In this document: positions 19,769-30,315 of the stretch, one piece after another | Layout: every line of letters begins with the position of its first letter | Position numbering within the stretch: position 1 is the stretch's first letter | Assembly: GCA_965221695.1 (NCBI GenBank) | Contig: OZ244905.1 | Location: forward strand, 2,944,001-3,008,000 | DNA length: 64,000 nucleotides | Direction of reading: 5' to 3' | From: Gammaproteobacteria bacterium | Lineage (GTDB): Bacteria; Pseudomonadota; Gammaproteobacteria; Eutrophobiales; Eutrophobiaceae | Program-made: the position numbers and the translations under genes | Notes under the pieces: model-generated | What the model was told of the DNA's origin: nothing | The model's database searches: none | Seen by the model: the letters and a program-made list of their open reading frames with translations, nothing else

Positions 19769-19981
19769 GTGTTGTGTGCCCTGAAGATCATTACGCGCAG
19801 ATAGCTGATTGTGGCTGGATTGTCGGTAATTTTCAAGGTCGGGTAGGTATCCCGATTTCATGCGATGTCTTTGTTTATTTCATGATGGTCATTTTATGGG
19901 TGTCTTGATTTTGTGTTGTTGCGGCGATCGGCTTTGTTAAATTGCCTGGCTTGGTGCAATATATGAGCTTTGTTAAATTAA

Positions 19982-20132
19982 GGAAACTCTGAACAAGTCC
20001 ATCCTGGACTTGTCAGAGTACGGAAAACAAAAATGCGATTTTTGTTTTCCTCACAATATCAATGCCTTACAGTCATTGATATTGACGATACATCCTTGTA
20101 CCGTAGGAACCTCTGACTTAATCAGAGGTTCC
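19982..20132. mobile_element. 151-bp MITE flanked by TTAA (IS5-like GGAA ends), copy 1
   Basis: ttaa-GGAAACTCTGA...TCAGAGGTTCC-ttaa with five internal hairpins; differs from 53023-53173 at 2 positions. Confidence 0.9.
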
Positions 20133-20146
20133 TTAAGGAAGATTGA

Positions 20147-21982
20147 ATGAGTTTTGTTGAAGCGATAAGGCGTTTGTTGAACAAGGCCGTTGCAGACTGT
20201 TTTTCGGGTTCGGAGCCGGCATTTGACTGCCAGGTGGCGCCGTGCCAGGACAGGAAGTTCGGTGATTACCAGTCCAATCTGGCGTTCCTGTTGGCTAAAC
20301 GCGAGAAGACCAGTCCGCGCAATATTGCCGAAACGGTTGTCGAAGCTGTTCGCAAAGAGATGGAAGCGGTTCCCGCTGCTGACGAAGAGAATGCCGGTGG
20401 CGGTACGTTAGTTGCATCGGCGCTGGTGGAGACTATTGAGATCGCCGGGCCGGGGTTCATCAATATCCGTATAAAAAACACTGCGCTGCTCTCCGAACTG
20501 GTTCATACACAGACTGACCCGCGCTGCGGCGTGGCGCGCACGGCGAGCCCGCAACGCATCGTGGTGGACTATTCCAGTCCGAACCTGGCCAAGGATCTGC
20601 ATGTGGGCACCATGCGCTCAACGGTCATCGGCGACTCGATTGCCAGGGCGCTGGAATTCCTGGGCCATGAGGTACTGCGTCAGAACCATTACGGGGACTG
20701 GGGCGCCAATTTTGGCGTGCTGGTTGCGATGATCAAACAGGAGTACGGTTCCGACCTGGACGGCTTGAAGGCCGCGCCCCTGGAAGCGGTGGAAGAACTG
20801 TACACCAGGGCAAGCGCGTTGAAGACATCCAGTGAAGAATTTGCAGCCAGGGCTGCCGCGGAGGTGAACAGGCTGCAGGCCGGCAATGCGGAATCACTAG
20901 CCGTCTGGCAAGTGTTGATGGACAAGACCCTGGACAACTGTCATGCGTTGTATAAGGACTTCAATGTCAGCCTCGATGCGTCCCACGACTGCCCGGAAAG
21001 CTTCTACCGGGATGATTTGCCCGGTGTGGTCAATGAGTTGTCCGAAAAAAACCTGCTGGTTGAGGACAATAACGCGATGTGTGCGTACCTGGACGGGTTC
21101 CAAAACGTTGACGGCGACCCGCTCCCGGTGATCGTGCAGAAAAGTGATGAGGGATATAACTATTCCACCACGGAGCTGGCCGGGATCAAGCACCGGGTCG
21201 AGCGTTTACAGGCGCGCCAGATTATCGTCGTCACCGATCGCGGCCAGGAACTGCATTTTCGCATGATTCGGGCGCTCGCCGAAAAAGCGGGCTGGCTGCC
21301 CGACGGCGTGCGCTTGAGACACTTGGGGTACGGCGTGATATTGCAGGAGATCACGGAAGACGAGCAGACCAGGAAGACCCGGTTCAGGACTCGGAGTGGT
21401 GGCACCGTGAAGATCAGGGAGTTGCTGGCGGAGGGACGCCGCCGCAGCGAAAAGCTGACGCTGGAACGCAATCCGGATCTCACTGCGGATGAACTGGACG
21501 GGATAGCCGCAAAGCTGACCATCGCCGCGCTCAAATACGCTGACCTGAGACAGCGTCCGGAGTCGGATTACACCTTCAACTGGGACCAGATGCTTGCGAA
21601 CCAGGGCAATACGGGTATCTATATCCTTTACAGTTATGTGCGCATTGCCAGCTTGTTCAGGAAAGCCGAACTGGATTTGGTCTCGCCGCCGGCAGACCTC
21701 GGCCCGGCTGTCATCTCCAATGAACTGGAGCGGGAACTCCTGCTGCGGGTGGTTTCCTTCCCCGAACTTTTTTCCGGTTATGAAGAGGAACTGACGTCAC
21801 ACAACATATGCAGTTACCTGTATGAACTGGCCGGCTGCTACAGCCGCTTCTGGAAAGATTGCCCCATTCTCACGGCGCCGGAAGAGCAGAAGCGCTCACG
21901 GCTGGTATTGAGCCGGGCCGTGGCCGCCCGCCTGAAACTCGGCTTATCGCTACTGGGCATTATGGTAGTGGAGAAGATGTAA
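20147..21982 (+). CDS. argS: Arginine--tRNA ligase (divergent motifs)
   Basis: FGDYQSN, AGPGFIN, VDYSSPNLAKDLHVG, NHYGDWG, FRTRSG, KYADL, GNTG.Y..Y...R and C-terminal EKM. Confidence 0.88.
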   Translation: MSFVEAIRRLLNKAVADCFSGSEPAFDCQVAPCQDRKFGDYQSNLAFLLAKREKTSPRNIAETVVEAVRKEMEAVPAADEENAGGGTLVASALVETIEIAGPGFINIRIKNTALLSELVHTQTDPRCGVARTASPQRIVVDYSSPNLAKDLHVGTMRSTVIGDSIARALEFLGHEVLRQNHYGDWGANFGVLVAMIKQEYGSDLDGLKAAPLEAVEELYTRASALKTSSEEFAARAAAEVNRLQAGNAESLAVWQVLMDKTLDNCHALYKDFNVSLDASHDCPESFYRDDLPGVVNELSEKNLLVEDNNAMCAYLDGFQNVDGDPLPVIVQKSDEGYNYSTTELAGIKHRVERLQARQIIVVTDRGQELHFRMIRALAEKAGWLPDGVRLRHLGYGVILQEITEDEQTRKTRFRTRSGGTVKIRELLAEGRRRSEKLTLERNPDLTADELDGIAAKLTIAALKYADLRQRPESDYTFNWDQMLANQGNTGIYILYSYVRIASLFRKAELDLVSPPADLGPAVISNELERELLLRVVSFPELFSGYEEELTSHNICSYLYELAGCYSRFWKDCPILTAPEEQKRSRLVLSRAVAARLKLGLSLLGIMVVEKM

Positions 21983-21992
21983 ATTTTTGCAA

Positions 21993-22859
21993 TCAGCGCT
22001 TCTTGAGTTGCGTCAGGGCTTCGTTTGTGTAGGTGATTTCGTACCTGCTTTTTAATTCTTCGAGCAGGTCTTTTTCTGTCTGTTTGAAGCGGTCTCTTTG
22101 CCAGTCCTGTAATACCCGGGGTCTGCTTTCGTTGAACGGGATCGGTTCGGCATGATGTATTTCGTACAGGAAGACCAGGTGGTATCCGTAGCCGGACGGG
22201 ACCGGGCCTTGCCAGCTACCGGTATCCAGCGCTAACAGGCTGGTGGCGAAATCCTCGCCGAACAGCCTGCCCAGTTGCGATCGGCCGATGTCGATGAAGT
22301 CGCGAGGCAGCATGAACGCATCTCCGATGTCTTCCCAGGCGGCCTCATCAGAACCCTCCAGGCGGGACAACAGCGCAGCGGCGTCTTCTCTTGGGTTACC
22401 GCCGGGACGGTCATGGCTGAAATAGATATGCCTGAACCCAAGCCTGGGTTCGGTGCGGTACAGTTCAGGGTGGGCATCGTACCAGGCCCGGAGTTCGGCT
22501 TCATTCGGCTCGGCCTGCTGCGCCGCGCTTTCGGCCAGCAGGCTCATCTTCTGCGCCAGGCGGCGCCGGATGATCGGGTCGTCCAGTTCCAGCCCCAGCG
22601 CTCTGGCTTCCCTGGAGAACAGTTCTTCAAACAGAAAGTCCGACAGCAGGCTGTCCAGTTCCTCCGGCGATGGCTCACGGTCCGCGCGCAACAACCAGCC
22701 GGACTTCAGACGTTCGATGACGCCGGCGTCAACGATGATCAGTCGCTCTGCGCTGTCATCCGGGCCAACCAGCGCGTACAGGAAAAAAATCAGGCCGCCG
22801 GCCAGAAAAAAATGCGCCAGCGGTTCATGCAGGAATTTATTCAGCAAACGAAGGCGCAT
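21993..22859 (-). CDS. PpiC-type peptidyl-prolyl isomerase family protein
   Basis: EPLAHFF, REARALGL..DDPIIRRRL.QK, FRHIYFS and WQGPV.SGYG.HLV motifs. Confidence 0.8.
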   Translation of the reverse strand: MRLRLLNKFLHEPLAHFFLAGGLIFFLYALVGPDDSAERLIIVDAGVIERLKSGWLLRADREPSPEELDSLLSDFLFEELFSREARALGLELDDPIIRRRLAQKMSLLAESAAQQAEPNEAELRAWYDAHPELYRTEPRLGFRHIYFSHDRPGGNPREDAAALLSRLEGSDEAAWEDIGDAFMLPRDFIDIGRSQLGRLFGEDFATSLLALDTGSWQGPVPSGYGYHLVFLYEIHHAEPIPFNESRPRVLQDWQRDRFKQTEKDLLEELKSRYEITYTNEALTQLKKR

Positions 22860-22991
22860 CAAGCGCAATGTATAATGGCAACATACTCGACAGATTACCA
22901 TAACTCATAGTCAGCAAACATCTATCCGATGCTGACAAGCGAATTGTTATAATATCCCTGCCCTTTACCACTAAGCATTGGAAATACCTTG

Positions 22992-25157
22992 ATGAACGAA
23001 AGAGTTGAACAATACGGACTATCGATAGCAAAACAACTGTACGACCTGGTCAATGACGAGATCATACCGGGTACCGGCGTGGAGCCGGAGCGATTCTGGA
23101 AGGAAATGGCCGGAATCGTTGCCGATCTCGGCCCGAAAAACCGCGCGTTGCTGAACCGGCGCAACGAACTCCAGGACCGGATCGATCAATGGCACCGAGC
23201 CAACCCGGAAATCAGCGGTGCGGAGTACAAGGCCTTCTTAGAAGAGATAGGCTATATCAAGCCGGAGGGCAAGCCATTCAAGGTCAGCGTCACCAATGCC
23301 GACGCCGAGATAACCCGAATCGCGGGGCCGCAACTGGTGGTGCCGGTAGACAACTCCCGTTATGCCCTGAATGCGGCAAACGCCCGCTGGGGCAGCCTGT
23401 ACGACGCACTGTACAGTACCGACGTAATCCCGGAGACCGAGGGCTGCAAGCGCGGCGCCAGGTACAATCCCGTGCGCGGTCGCCGAGTCATCGACTATGC
23501 GCGCCGTTTCCTGGACCGGGCAACACCCATGGCCGTGGGCAGCCATGACTACGTGGTGAAGTACAAGGTAAAAGCGGGCCAGTTGGTCGGTATCATGGGC
23601 GACGGCAGCGAGTACGGCCTGGGTAAGCGGGAGCGCTTTGCCGGATACACCGGCGATCCGGACAACCCGGACAGCATACTGTTGCGCCATAATGCGCTGC
23701 ATATCGAGCTCAAGCTGGGGGAAGGTTACTATATCGGCCGCAATGACCTGGCCGGCATTTACGACATCCAGTTGGAATCAGCAGTCAGCGCCATCATGGA
23801 TTGCGAGGATTCAGTGGCCGCAGTGGACGCCGACGACAAGGTGGCGGTCTACCGGAACTGGCTGGGTCTGATGAAAGGCGACCTGACCCGAACGGTGGTA
23901 AAGGACGGCGAGGCTATCGAGCGCACCCTGAATGAAGACCGCAAGTACAAGACGCCGGGCGGCAGGGCGCTGACGTTGCAAGGCCGCGCCCTGATGCTGC
24001 TGCGCAACGTTGGCCTGCACATGTACACCGATGCCGTGACCACGGCTGCCGGCGAGAATATCCCGGAAGGGTTTCTCGATGCGATGGTGACCACGCTGGC
24101 GGCAAAGCATGACCTGCTGGGCAACGGCAGGTTCAGGAACAGCCGCACCGGCTCCATCTACATCGTCAAGCCGAAACTGCACGGTCCGGATGAGGCGGCC
24201 GCCACCGTGGAACTGTTCGAACGGGTGGAAGACGCGTTGGGCCTGGAGCGGCTGACCCTGAAGATCGGCATAATGGATGAGGAACGCAGGACCACGGTCA
24301 ACCTGAAAGAGTGTATTCGCGCCGCGGAAAATCGGGTGATCTTTATCAATACCGGATTTCTTGACCGCACTGCCGATGAAATCCATACGAGCATGGAAGC
24401 CGGCCCGATGATGCCCAAGGCCAGGTTGAAGACCGCGCCGTGGCTGCTGGCCTATGAAGACTGGAACGTGGATATCGGCATGGTCACCGGATTGCCCAGG
24501 CATGCGCAAATCGGCAAAGGCATGTGGCCTGAACCGGACAATATGGCAGCCATGATGGACGTCAAAGTGAACCATCCCCGCGCCGGGGCCACCAGCGCCT
24601 GGGTGCCGTCACCGACCGCCGCTACGCTACATGCGATGCATTACCACCGCATCAACGTCGGCACCCGCCAACGCGAACTTATCCGCTTGAGCCGCGTCAA
24701 ACCGGATGATCTGTTGCAGGTCCCGCTGCTGGACGGGAACGCGCTCAACGACTTCGAGATCCGGCGGGAACTTGAAAACAATGCCCAGGGCATACTGGGC
24801 TACGTGGTGCGCTGGATTGAGCATGGAATCGGGTGTTCCAAGGTGCCTGACGTTAACAACGTCAACCTGATGGAGGACCGGGCAACCCTGCGTATTTCCA
24901 GCCAGCACATTGCCAACTGGCTGCACCATGGCCTCGTCACCAGGGACCAGGTGGTGGATGCCTTCAGGAAGATGGCGCCACTGGTGGATTACCAGAATGC
25001 CGAAGACCCTGATTACGTGAACATGGCCCCTGATTTTAACAGCAGCCTCCCGTTCCAGGCGGCGCTGGACCTGGTGTTCTGCGGCCGCGAGGAACCGAAC
25101 GGCTACACGGAACGGGTATTGCACCTACGCCGGCGCGAGTACAAGCGCGGGAAGTAA
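22992..25157 (+). CDS. glcB: Malate synthase G
   Basis: [43 protein letters not shown] and [12 protein letters not shown] motifs. Confidence 0.96.
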   Translation: MNERVEQYGLSIAKQLYDLVNDEIIPGTGVEPERFWKEMAGIVADLGPKNRALLNRRNELQDRIDQWHRANPEISGAEYKAFLEEIGYIKPEGKPFKVSVTNADAEITRIAGPQLVVPVDNSRYALNAANARWGSLYDALYSTDVIPETEGCKRGARYNPVRGRRVIDYARRFLDRATPMAVGSHDYVVKYKVKAGQLVGIMGDGSEYGLGKRERFAGYTGDPDNPDSILLRHNALHIELKLGEGYYIGRNDLAGIYDIQLESAVSAIMDCEDSVAAVDADDKVAVYRNWLGLMKGDLTRTVVKDGEAIERTLNEDRKYKTPGGRALTLQGRALMLLRNVGLHMYTDAVTTAAGENIPEGFLDAMVTTLAAKHDLLGNGRFRNSRTGSIYIVKPKLHGPDEAAATVELFERVEDALGLERLTLKIGIMDEERRTTVNLKECIRAAENRVIFINTGFLDRTADEIHTSMEAGPMMPKARLKTAPWLLAYEDWNVDIGMVTGLPRHAQIGKGMWPEPDNMAAMMDVKVNHPRAGATSAWVPSPTAATLHAMHYHRINVGTRQRELIRLSRVKPDDLLQVPLLDGNALNDFEIRRELENNAQGILGYVVRWIEHGIGCSKVPDVNNVNLMEDRATLRISSQHIANWLHHGLVTRDQVVDAFRKMAPLVDYQNAEDPDYVNMAPDFNSSLPFQAALDLVFCGREEPNGYTERVLHLRRREYKRGK

Positions 25158-25385
25158 CATTATTGCTTAATCTCCTCAGGGCAAGCGCATAGTATTGTAT
25201 TACTGCTTTTTTTGGGGGCGCGGGCGAGACGCCTCGCTCCCGGGGTGTGATGCCTGGATCGGCATGGCAGAGACCAGGAAGCAAAGTACTAGCACAGATA
25301 ATCTGCATTGGTCTGTGAAAAAATTTTGCACTGCACAAAAAATAGGTTACAATTTGGTTAATATATTTAACCTGGTAATTTATCT

Positions 25386-26201
25386 ATGCAGATTCAAGAC
25401 AGAGTTGCTGTTGTAACTGGTGGCGCCAGCGGTATCGGTCGCGCCGTTTCCCTGGAACTGGCCCGCAGAGGCATCAAAAAAATTGCGCTGGTGGATCAAT
25501 CCGAGCAGACGGATATTGCCGCAGAGCAGATCAACAATGAAATCACCCGTGACATTGCCGTTGCCTATCGCGGTGACGTAACCGATGAAGCGTTCCGTAC
25601 CCGAATTTTTGATGATGTGGGCGAGAAGTACGGGATCGCCAGTATTTGCGTGCCTGCCGCCGGTATTACCCTGGATGCGCTGGCAGTGAAGATCAATAAG
25701 GAAACGGGAAAGGCGGAGATCTATCCCCAGGAGAAATTCAGGCGGGTTACGGAGATTAACCTGGTTGCCCCGGTATACTGGGCAATGGAGATGATTGCGC
25801 GCATCGCCCAGGACCGCTACCTGCGCGGCCTGAAAAAATGGCATCCCAGCGAGAGTGTGCAGGGCACCGTGATCTTCATCGGTTCCGTGTCATCCCAGGG
25901 TGTCAAAGGCCAGGTGGCTTATGCATCAACCAAGGCAGGTCTGGAAGGCGCTGCGGCCACCTTGATGAAGGAGTCGATATATTACGGCGTGCGCTGCGGC
26001 GTGATCCACCCCGGATTTACCGATACTCCGATGGTACGGGCATTGGGGGACGAATATATCGAGAGCCATATCCTGCCGGATACTCAGATAAGCAGGTTAA
26101 TTCGCCCGGACGAGATCGCGGACGCGATCTGTTTTATGATTTCGAACTCCATCGTGTCGGGCGAGTTGTGGGCGGACGCCGGCTGGCATCCTTCCGCGTA
26201 A
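25386..26201 (+). CDS. SDR family oxidoreductase (FabG-like)
   Basis: TGGASGIG, YASTK and PGFTDTPM motifs. Confidence 0.88.
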   Translation: MQIQDRVAVVTGGASGIGRAVSLELARRGIKKIALVDQSEQTDIAAEQINNEITRDIAVAYRGDVTDEAFRTRIFDDVGEKYGIASICVPAAGITLDALAVKINKETGKAEIYPQEKFRRVTEINLVAPVYWAMEMIARIAQDRYLRGLKKWHPSESVQGTVIFIGSVSSQGVKGQVAYASTKAGLEGAAATLMKESIYYGVRCGVIHPGFTDTPMVRALGDEYIESHILPDTQISRLIRPDEIADAICFMISNSIVSGELWADAGWHPSA

Positions 26202-26206
26202 AAGAA

Positions 26207-26300
26207 GAGTCGCCCTCCGGGCGACCAAAATTTGACTGGACTCCCGCTACTCAGCCAGCCCCTGTATGGCGTTGAGCAGGGGCGGGAGTGGTACGGTGGC
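26207..26300. repeat. Composite REP-like element, family A
   Basis: gtcgccctccgggcgac and actggactcccgc...cagcccctgtatggcgttgagcaggggcgggagtggta; lies between convergent genes. Confidence 0.78.
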
Positions 26301-26364
26301 CTGGCTTGGTTGATGCCAACCGCGATAGATGCTGCCAGGTGGGCAGCGCCTTGATTATGAGGCT

Positions 26365-27141
26365 TTAATCTATAACCAGGATTGGTTCGTCTTCCAGTCC
26401 GGTTTCGAAAATGTCGTCATAACCCTCTGACGGGGGGTTACCGTCATGGATGAGGTACCTGCGCTGCTGCAGGTAGGCTTCACGGGTAAAAGCGTAAGGA
26501 TCGATGGACGCCTCATTTACGAACTCTGACGCTTCGAGCAGGTTTGCCCGTTCATTGACCAGGTTCAGGAACGTGACCGGAAACAGGTAAAGCGTCGAAA
26601 CATACGTTAACGGGTTGGAAAAGTAACTGCCCGCCAGATCCGGGCTGTTACGCGCGGTGTACGGTCCAAGAAAAGGCAGGTACAGATAAGCCCCCTGGTC
26701 CACTCCCCAGGTCGCGAGGGTCTGACCAAGGTCTTCCTCATGTTCCTCCAGCCCCATGTCCGTGGCAACATCGAACAGTCCGCCAATTCCGACTGTGGAG
26801 TTGACGACGAAACGGGTTACATCGGATAACCCCTGGCCGAGTTTCCCCTGCAGGAACGAGTGCAGGATAACGTTCAGGTATTCAAGATTGTCGAAAAAAT
26901 TAGTAACGCTGTTACGTACCGGTTCCGGCGTGGCTTTCACATAGTTTTCTGCGATGGGTGTCATGATATGCCGATCAAGCGTGTCGTTGAAGCGGTAGAA
27001 CGCCCGGTTTGTGTCTTCATACGGATCAGGGTTGATTTCCCCGTCAATAGTTTCAGTGCTGGCGCAGCCAGTGAGCAAGGCCGCCGCAAGGAGCGCCGCG
27101 GGCAAGGAAAATGGACTGTTCGCGCTGGTTCTATGTGTCAT
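26365..27141 (-). CDS. mlaA: VacJ/MlaA family lipoprotein
   Basis: Lipobox LTGC; DPYE..NR, RFVVNST.GIGGLFDVA, EDLGQTL..WG and DPY...R.AY.Q.R. Confidence 0.92.
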   Translation of the reverse strand: MTHRTSANSPFSLPAALLAAALLTGCASTETIDGEINPDPYEDTNRAFYRFNDTLDRHIMTPIAENYVKATPEPVRNSVTNFFDNLEYLNVILHSFLQGKLGQGLSDVTRFVVNSTVGIGGLFDVATDMGLEEHEEDLGQTLATWGVDQGAYLYLPFLGPYTARNSPDLAGSYFSNPLTYVSTLYLFPVTFLNLVNERANLLEASEFVNEASIDPYAFTREAYLQQRRYLIHDGNPPSEGYDDIFETGLEDEPILVID

Positions 27142-27160
27142 GATGGTTGTTCTCCTTCTG

Positions 27161-27198
27161 CTTAGGAACCTCTGAGATTAAGTCAGAACTTCCCTTAA
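27161..27198. repeat. Short palindrome, minimal form of the TTAA MITE family
   Basis: ttaggaacctctgagattaagtcagaacttcccttaa. Confidence 0.75.
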
Positions 27199-27202
27199 TC
27201 AA

Positions 27203-27814
27203 CTATTCAGTATCTTTTTCCATCTTGTTAATTTTAGATAATATCTCTTTAACAAGCCCATTAAAACCTTTTTCTTTGATAACGGCAGTATATTCAGCCC
27301 GTTTCAATGATAGGTCGTTCACGCCATTGGCGCTCACGCTGATAATATACCATTTTCCATGTTTTTCGTGCAGTAGGTAATCCAGAGACACCGGATCGTC
27401 GTTCGGGCGGAGTAGCTCAGTCTTGATCAATACTCGTCCTCGCCGCAATGGCGCCTGCGAAATTTCCAGGAACTGCTCGCCGTCATAGCCGTTGAAGCGG
27501 GAAGCGTAGGTGGCTGTGCTGGAGCGGCTGAATAATCCGGCGAATTCCGTCTTCTGCGCGTCGCTGAGTTGCTCCCGGTGACGACCCAGCGCAATAGCGG
27601 CGATATATGGGATATCGAAACAGTCGTTGATATACGGTTCCAGTTCCTGGTAGCGACCCTGGTAGCCCAGTTCTTCGGCGCGCCGCATCACGTCCAGCAG
27701 CTTCTCGTGAAACCGCTGCACGGTGACGCCGGCTGCCGTGTCCGACTCTGCTGTGGCATGGCAGGACAAGAGCGCGATCAGCGCGGCACAAAGCAGGTAG
27801 CATGGCAACCGCAA
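27203..27814 (-). CDS. hpnM: HpnM / MlaC (Ttg2D) family periplasmic lipid-binding protein
   Basis: TTG start after GGAGG; signal peptide; YASRF..YDGE.F, LDY.L and W.II.V...GV.DL.L.R.EY motifs. Confidence 0.82.
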   Translation of the reverse strand: MRLPCYLLCAALIALLSCHATAESDTAAGVTVQRFHEKLLDVMRRAEELGYQGRYQELEPYINDCFDIPYIAAIALGRHREQLSDAQKTEFAGLFSRSSTATYASRFNGYDGEQFLEISQAPLRRGRVLIKTELLRPNDDPVSLDYLLHEKHGKWYIISVSANGVNDLSLKRAEYTAVIKEKGFNGLVKEILSKINKMEKDTE

Positions 27815-27816
27815 TG

Positions 27817-28941
27817 TTATAACCTCCCCGTGTATCTGCGTTGTTTCCAGCCGGCGCCGGCGCCGTTCCAGTGACGCCAGGCGGAACTCCAGGTCATCAG
27901 CAGGTACAGCGCGCCGGCAAACGGAAACGCCGCGCACCAGGCCGGGTTTATGCGGTAATAGCGCAGTGTGGGCAGGTAACTGGCGGTCATCAGCAGTATG
28001 CCGGCCAGGGCCGTCAGGCGGACGGCAAGGTCTGCGCTGAACAGGCCGGCCAGCGGTAATACGAAGCCGGCTGCGAGCAGCGCGGTGCACAATGCCAGCA
28101 GGATGAAGGAGTGGTGTAACTGAGTGTACGCGGTCCTGGCGACCATGTTCCAGATGCTGGCCAGCCCGTCATAGCAGCGCCGGCTCTGCGCCGAGTGGGA
28201 CAAACCAATCCAGGTGGCCAGGCCGGCATCCCTGAAGCGGCGAGCCAGCGCGCAGTCATCGATCAGCTTGTCCTTGATAGCTTCAAAACCGCCTGCCCGG
28301 ACCAGTGAATCCGTGCGTAGCAGGATGCAGCCGCCGGCCGCGGCCGCGACCACCTTCGAGCCATTGTTGGAGAGGTGAAACGGGTACAGCAACTTGAAAA
28401 AATAAACGAATGCCGGCATCAGCAGTTTTTCCCAGCGAGATTCCATGCGCAGGAACGCGAGCAACGACACCAGGTGCAAGTCATGTTCTTGCATCCTGGT
28501 CTTGAGCGCGCTGATAGTCCCCGGTTGCAGGCGGATATCGGCATCGAGCAGCAGCATGATCTTTGTGTTTACCCGTGGTAGGCCCTGGTGCAGCGCCCAC
28601 AATTTGCCGCTCCAGCCGGGTTCCAGGGCGCGGCCATTGACGATGGTCAGGTTGTCCAGGCGCATCCGCTTTGCTTCGGCCACGGTGGCATCTGTTGATT
28701 GGTCGTTGATCAGCACGATGCTGTGCCCTTGTCCTTGCGCGGCTAAGGAGTTGAGGGTTTCGGCGATGACCTCGGCCTCGTTGCGTGCCGGAATCAGTAC
28801 GGTGACATCGGACAGGTCCGTGTTCCGGTCGTCGTTACCTGCTTCCAGTGTTTCCCGGTTGCGCCAGGGCTGCCAAGGGAGCGCCAGGATACCGGTCCAG
28901 AGCATGACTCCCGGTAATACCAGCCAGAATGTGTCCGTCAA
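27817..28941 (-). CDS. hpnB: Hopene-associated glycosyltransferase (GT2)
   Basis: IPARNEA, DQSTDAT, GWSGKLWAL.QG, DADI, AAAGGC, IDDCALA and WNMVARTAYTQL. Confidence 0.88.
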   Translation of the reverse strand: MTDTFWLVLPGVMLWTGILALPWQPWRNRETLEAGNDDRNTDLSDVTVLIPARNEAEVIAETLNSLAAQGQGHSIVLINDQSTDATVAEAKRMRLDNLTIVNGRALEPGWSGKLWALHQGLPRVNTKIMLLLDADIRLQPGTISALKTRMQEHDLHLVSLLAFLRMESRWEKLLMPAFVYFFKLLYPFHLSNNGSKVVAAAAGGCILLRTDSLVRAGGFEAIKDKLIDDCALARRFRDAGLATWIGLSHSAQSRRCYDGLASIWNMVARTAYTQLHHSFILLALCTALLAAGFVLPLAGLFSADLAVRLTALAGILLMTASYLPTLRYYRINPAWCAAFPFAGALYLLMTWSSAWRHWNGAGAGWKQRRYTGRL

Positions 28942-30083
28942 GCGACTTGCTTGTCCTGTTTATCGCGGTGGACAATCACCGGCGCCGGTTTGATTTCGGC
29001 TACCAGTCTGGGTTTTGACAGTGTGTCGTCCTCTGCATAGAGCACGGGCAGTTCCGGGGCCATGTCCCCACTGGTCCGGGGCCCTTGCAGCGCCACCTTC
29101 AGCGCTTCCCATGGGCGTTTGACCGCATCTTCAACGGCGGAGGCTTCAAAGCCGCAGTGTACCATGCAGTTCGCGCATTTCGGATTGATGCCGTTGCCGT
29201 ACCTGTGCCATTCCGTTTCTTCCATCAGCGCCTTGAAGCTTGGCGCGTAGCCCTCGCCGACCAGCAGGTAGCAGGGTTTTTGCCAGCCGAACACGTTGCG
29301 GGTGGGATTACCCCAGGGGGTGCACTGGTATTGCTGGTTGCCTGCCAGGAAATCCAGGTACAGGGAAGACTGGTTGAAACGCCATTTTTTTCCGGCCCCC
29401 AGCTTGAAGATGTCCCGGAACAGTTGTTTGCTTTCCTTGCGCTTTAAGAATACGTCCTGGCGCGGCGCCCGTTCGTAGCTGTAGCCGGGGGAGATGGTCA
29501 CCCCCTCGACGCCAAGCGCCATGGCCATGTCCATGAATTCCGCTACTTCATCGGCTGTCTCGCCCTGGAACAGGGTGCAGTTGATGGTGACTCGAAAGCC
29601 TTTGTCCCGTGCCTGCTTGATGACAGAGATGCACTTGTCGAACACACCGGTGCGGCACACTGAAGCGTCGTGCCGATCGCGGTTACCGTCCAAGTGGATG
29701 GAAAACGTCAGGTACTGGGAAGGTGAATAGTCACTCATGCGCCGCTCGAGCAGCAGCGCATTGGTGCACAGATACACATATTTCTTTCTGGCGACGAAAC
29801 CGCGCACGATTTCCGGCATGTCCTGGTGGATCAAGGGTTCCCCGCCGGCAATGGATACGACCGGGGCGCCGCATTCATCGACCGCCTGCATGCATTCTTC
29901 AACACTGAGGCGCTTGTCCAGTATCTCATCCGGGTAATCGATCTTACCGCAACCGGAGCACGCCAGGTTGCAGCGGAACAGGGGTTCCAGCATCAGCACC
30001 AGCGGAAAGCGCTGTTCACCCCGGAGTTTTTTCCCCAGGATGTACTTTGAGATACGAAGTTGTTGGGTTAATGGTACGGCCAT
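28938..30083 (-). CDS. hpnH: Adenosyl-hopene transferase, radical SAM
   Basis: PLVLMLEPLFRCNLACSGCGK, CTPWGNPTRNVFGWQKPCYL and CANCMVHCGFE. Confidence 0.95.
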   Translation of the reverse strand: MAVPLTQQLRISKYILGKKLRGEQRFPLVLMLEPLFRCNLACSGCGKIDYPDEILDKRLSVEECMQAVDECGAPVVSIAGGEPLIHQDMPEIVRGFVARKKYVYLCTNALLLERRMSDYSPSQYLTFSIHLDGNRDRHDASVCRTGVFDKCISVIKQARDKGFRVTINCTLFQGETADEVAEFMDMAMALGVEGVTISPGYSYERAPRQDVFLKRKESKQLFRDIFKLGAGKKWRFNQSSLYLDFLAGNQQYQCTPWGNPTRNVFGWQKPCYLLVGEGYAPSFKALMEETEWHRYGNGINPKCANCMVHCGFEASAVEDAVKRPWEALKVALQGPRTSGDMAPELPVLYAEDDTLSKPRLVAEIKPAPVIVHRDKQDKQVA

Positions 30084-30315
30084 CAGCAGCCTTCACGTCA
30101 GTTAATTACTAAAAACAGAGTGTTTCAGCAGCCTGAAACGCGTTAACCGCAAAGGATATAGGATAAACCGGTAAATGTACAGTCACATCACACAATTCAC
30201 AAAAAAAGAGCGCCCAACTAGGACACGTATATTATTTTGTTGGATGTTCTGTCTTTTTATTGGGCGTCCTGTTATCGTGATATACTGGTTTTTTGACTGA
30301 TAATTGGAAAGGCGT

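Noticed and set aside
19931-19980. Direct repeat gctttgttaaatt (two copies) upstream of LysR and the MITE
   Set aside because: Short and AT-rich with only two copies; a function cannot be supported.
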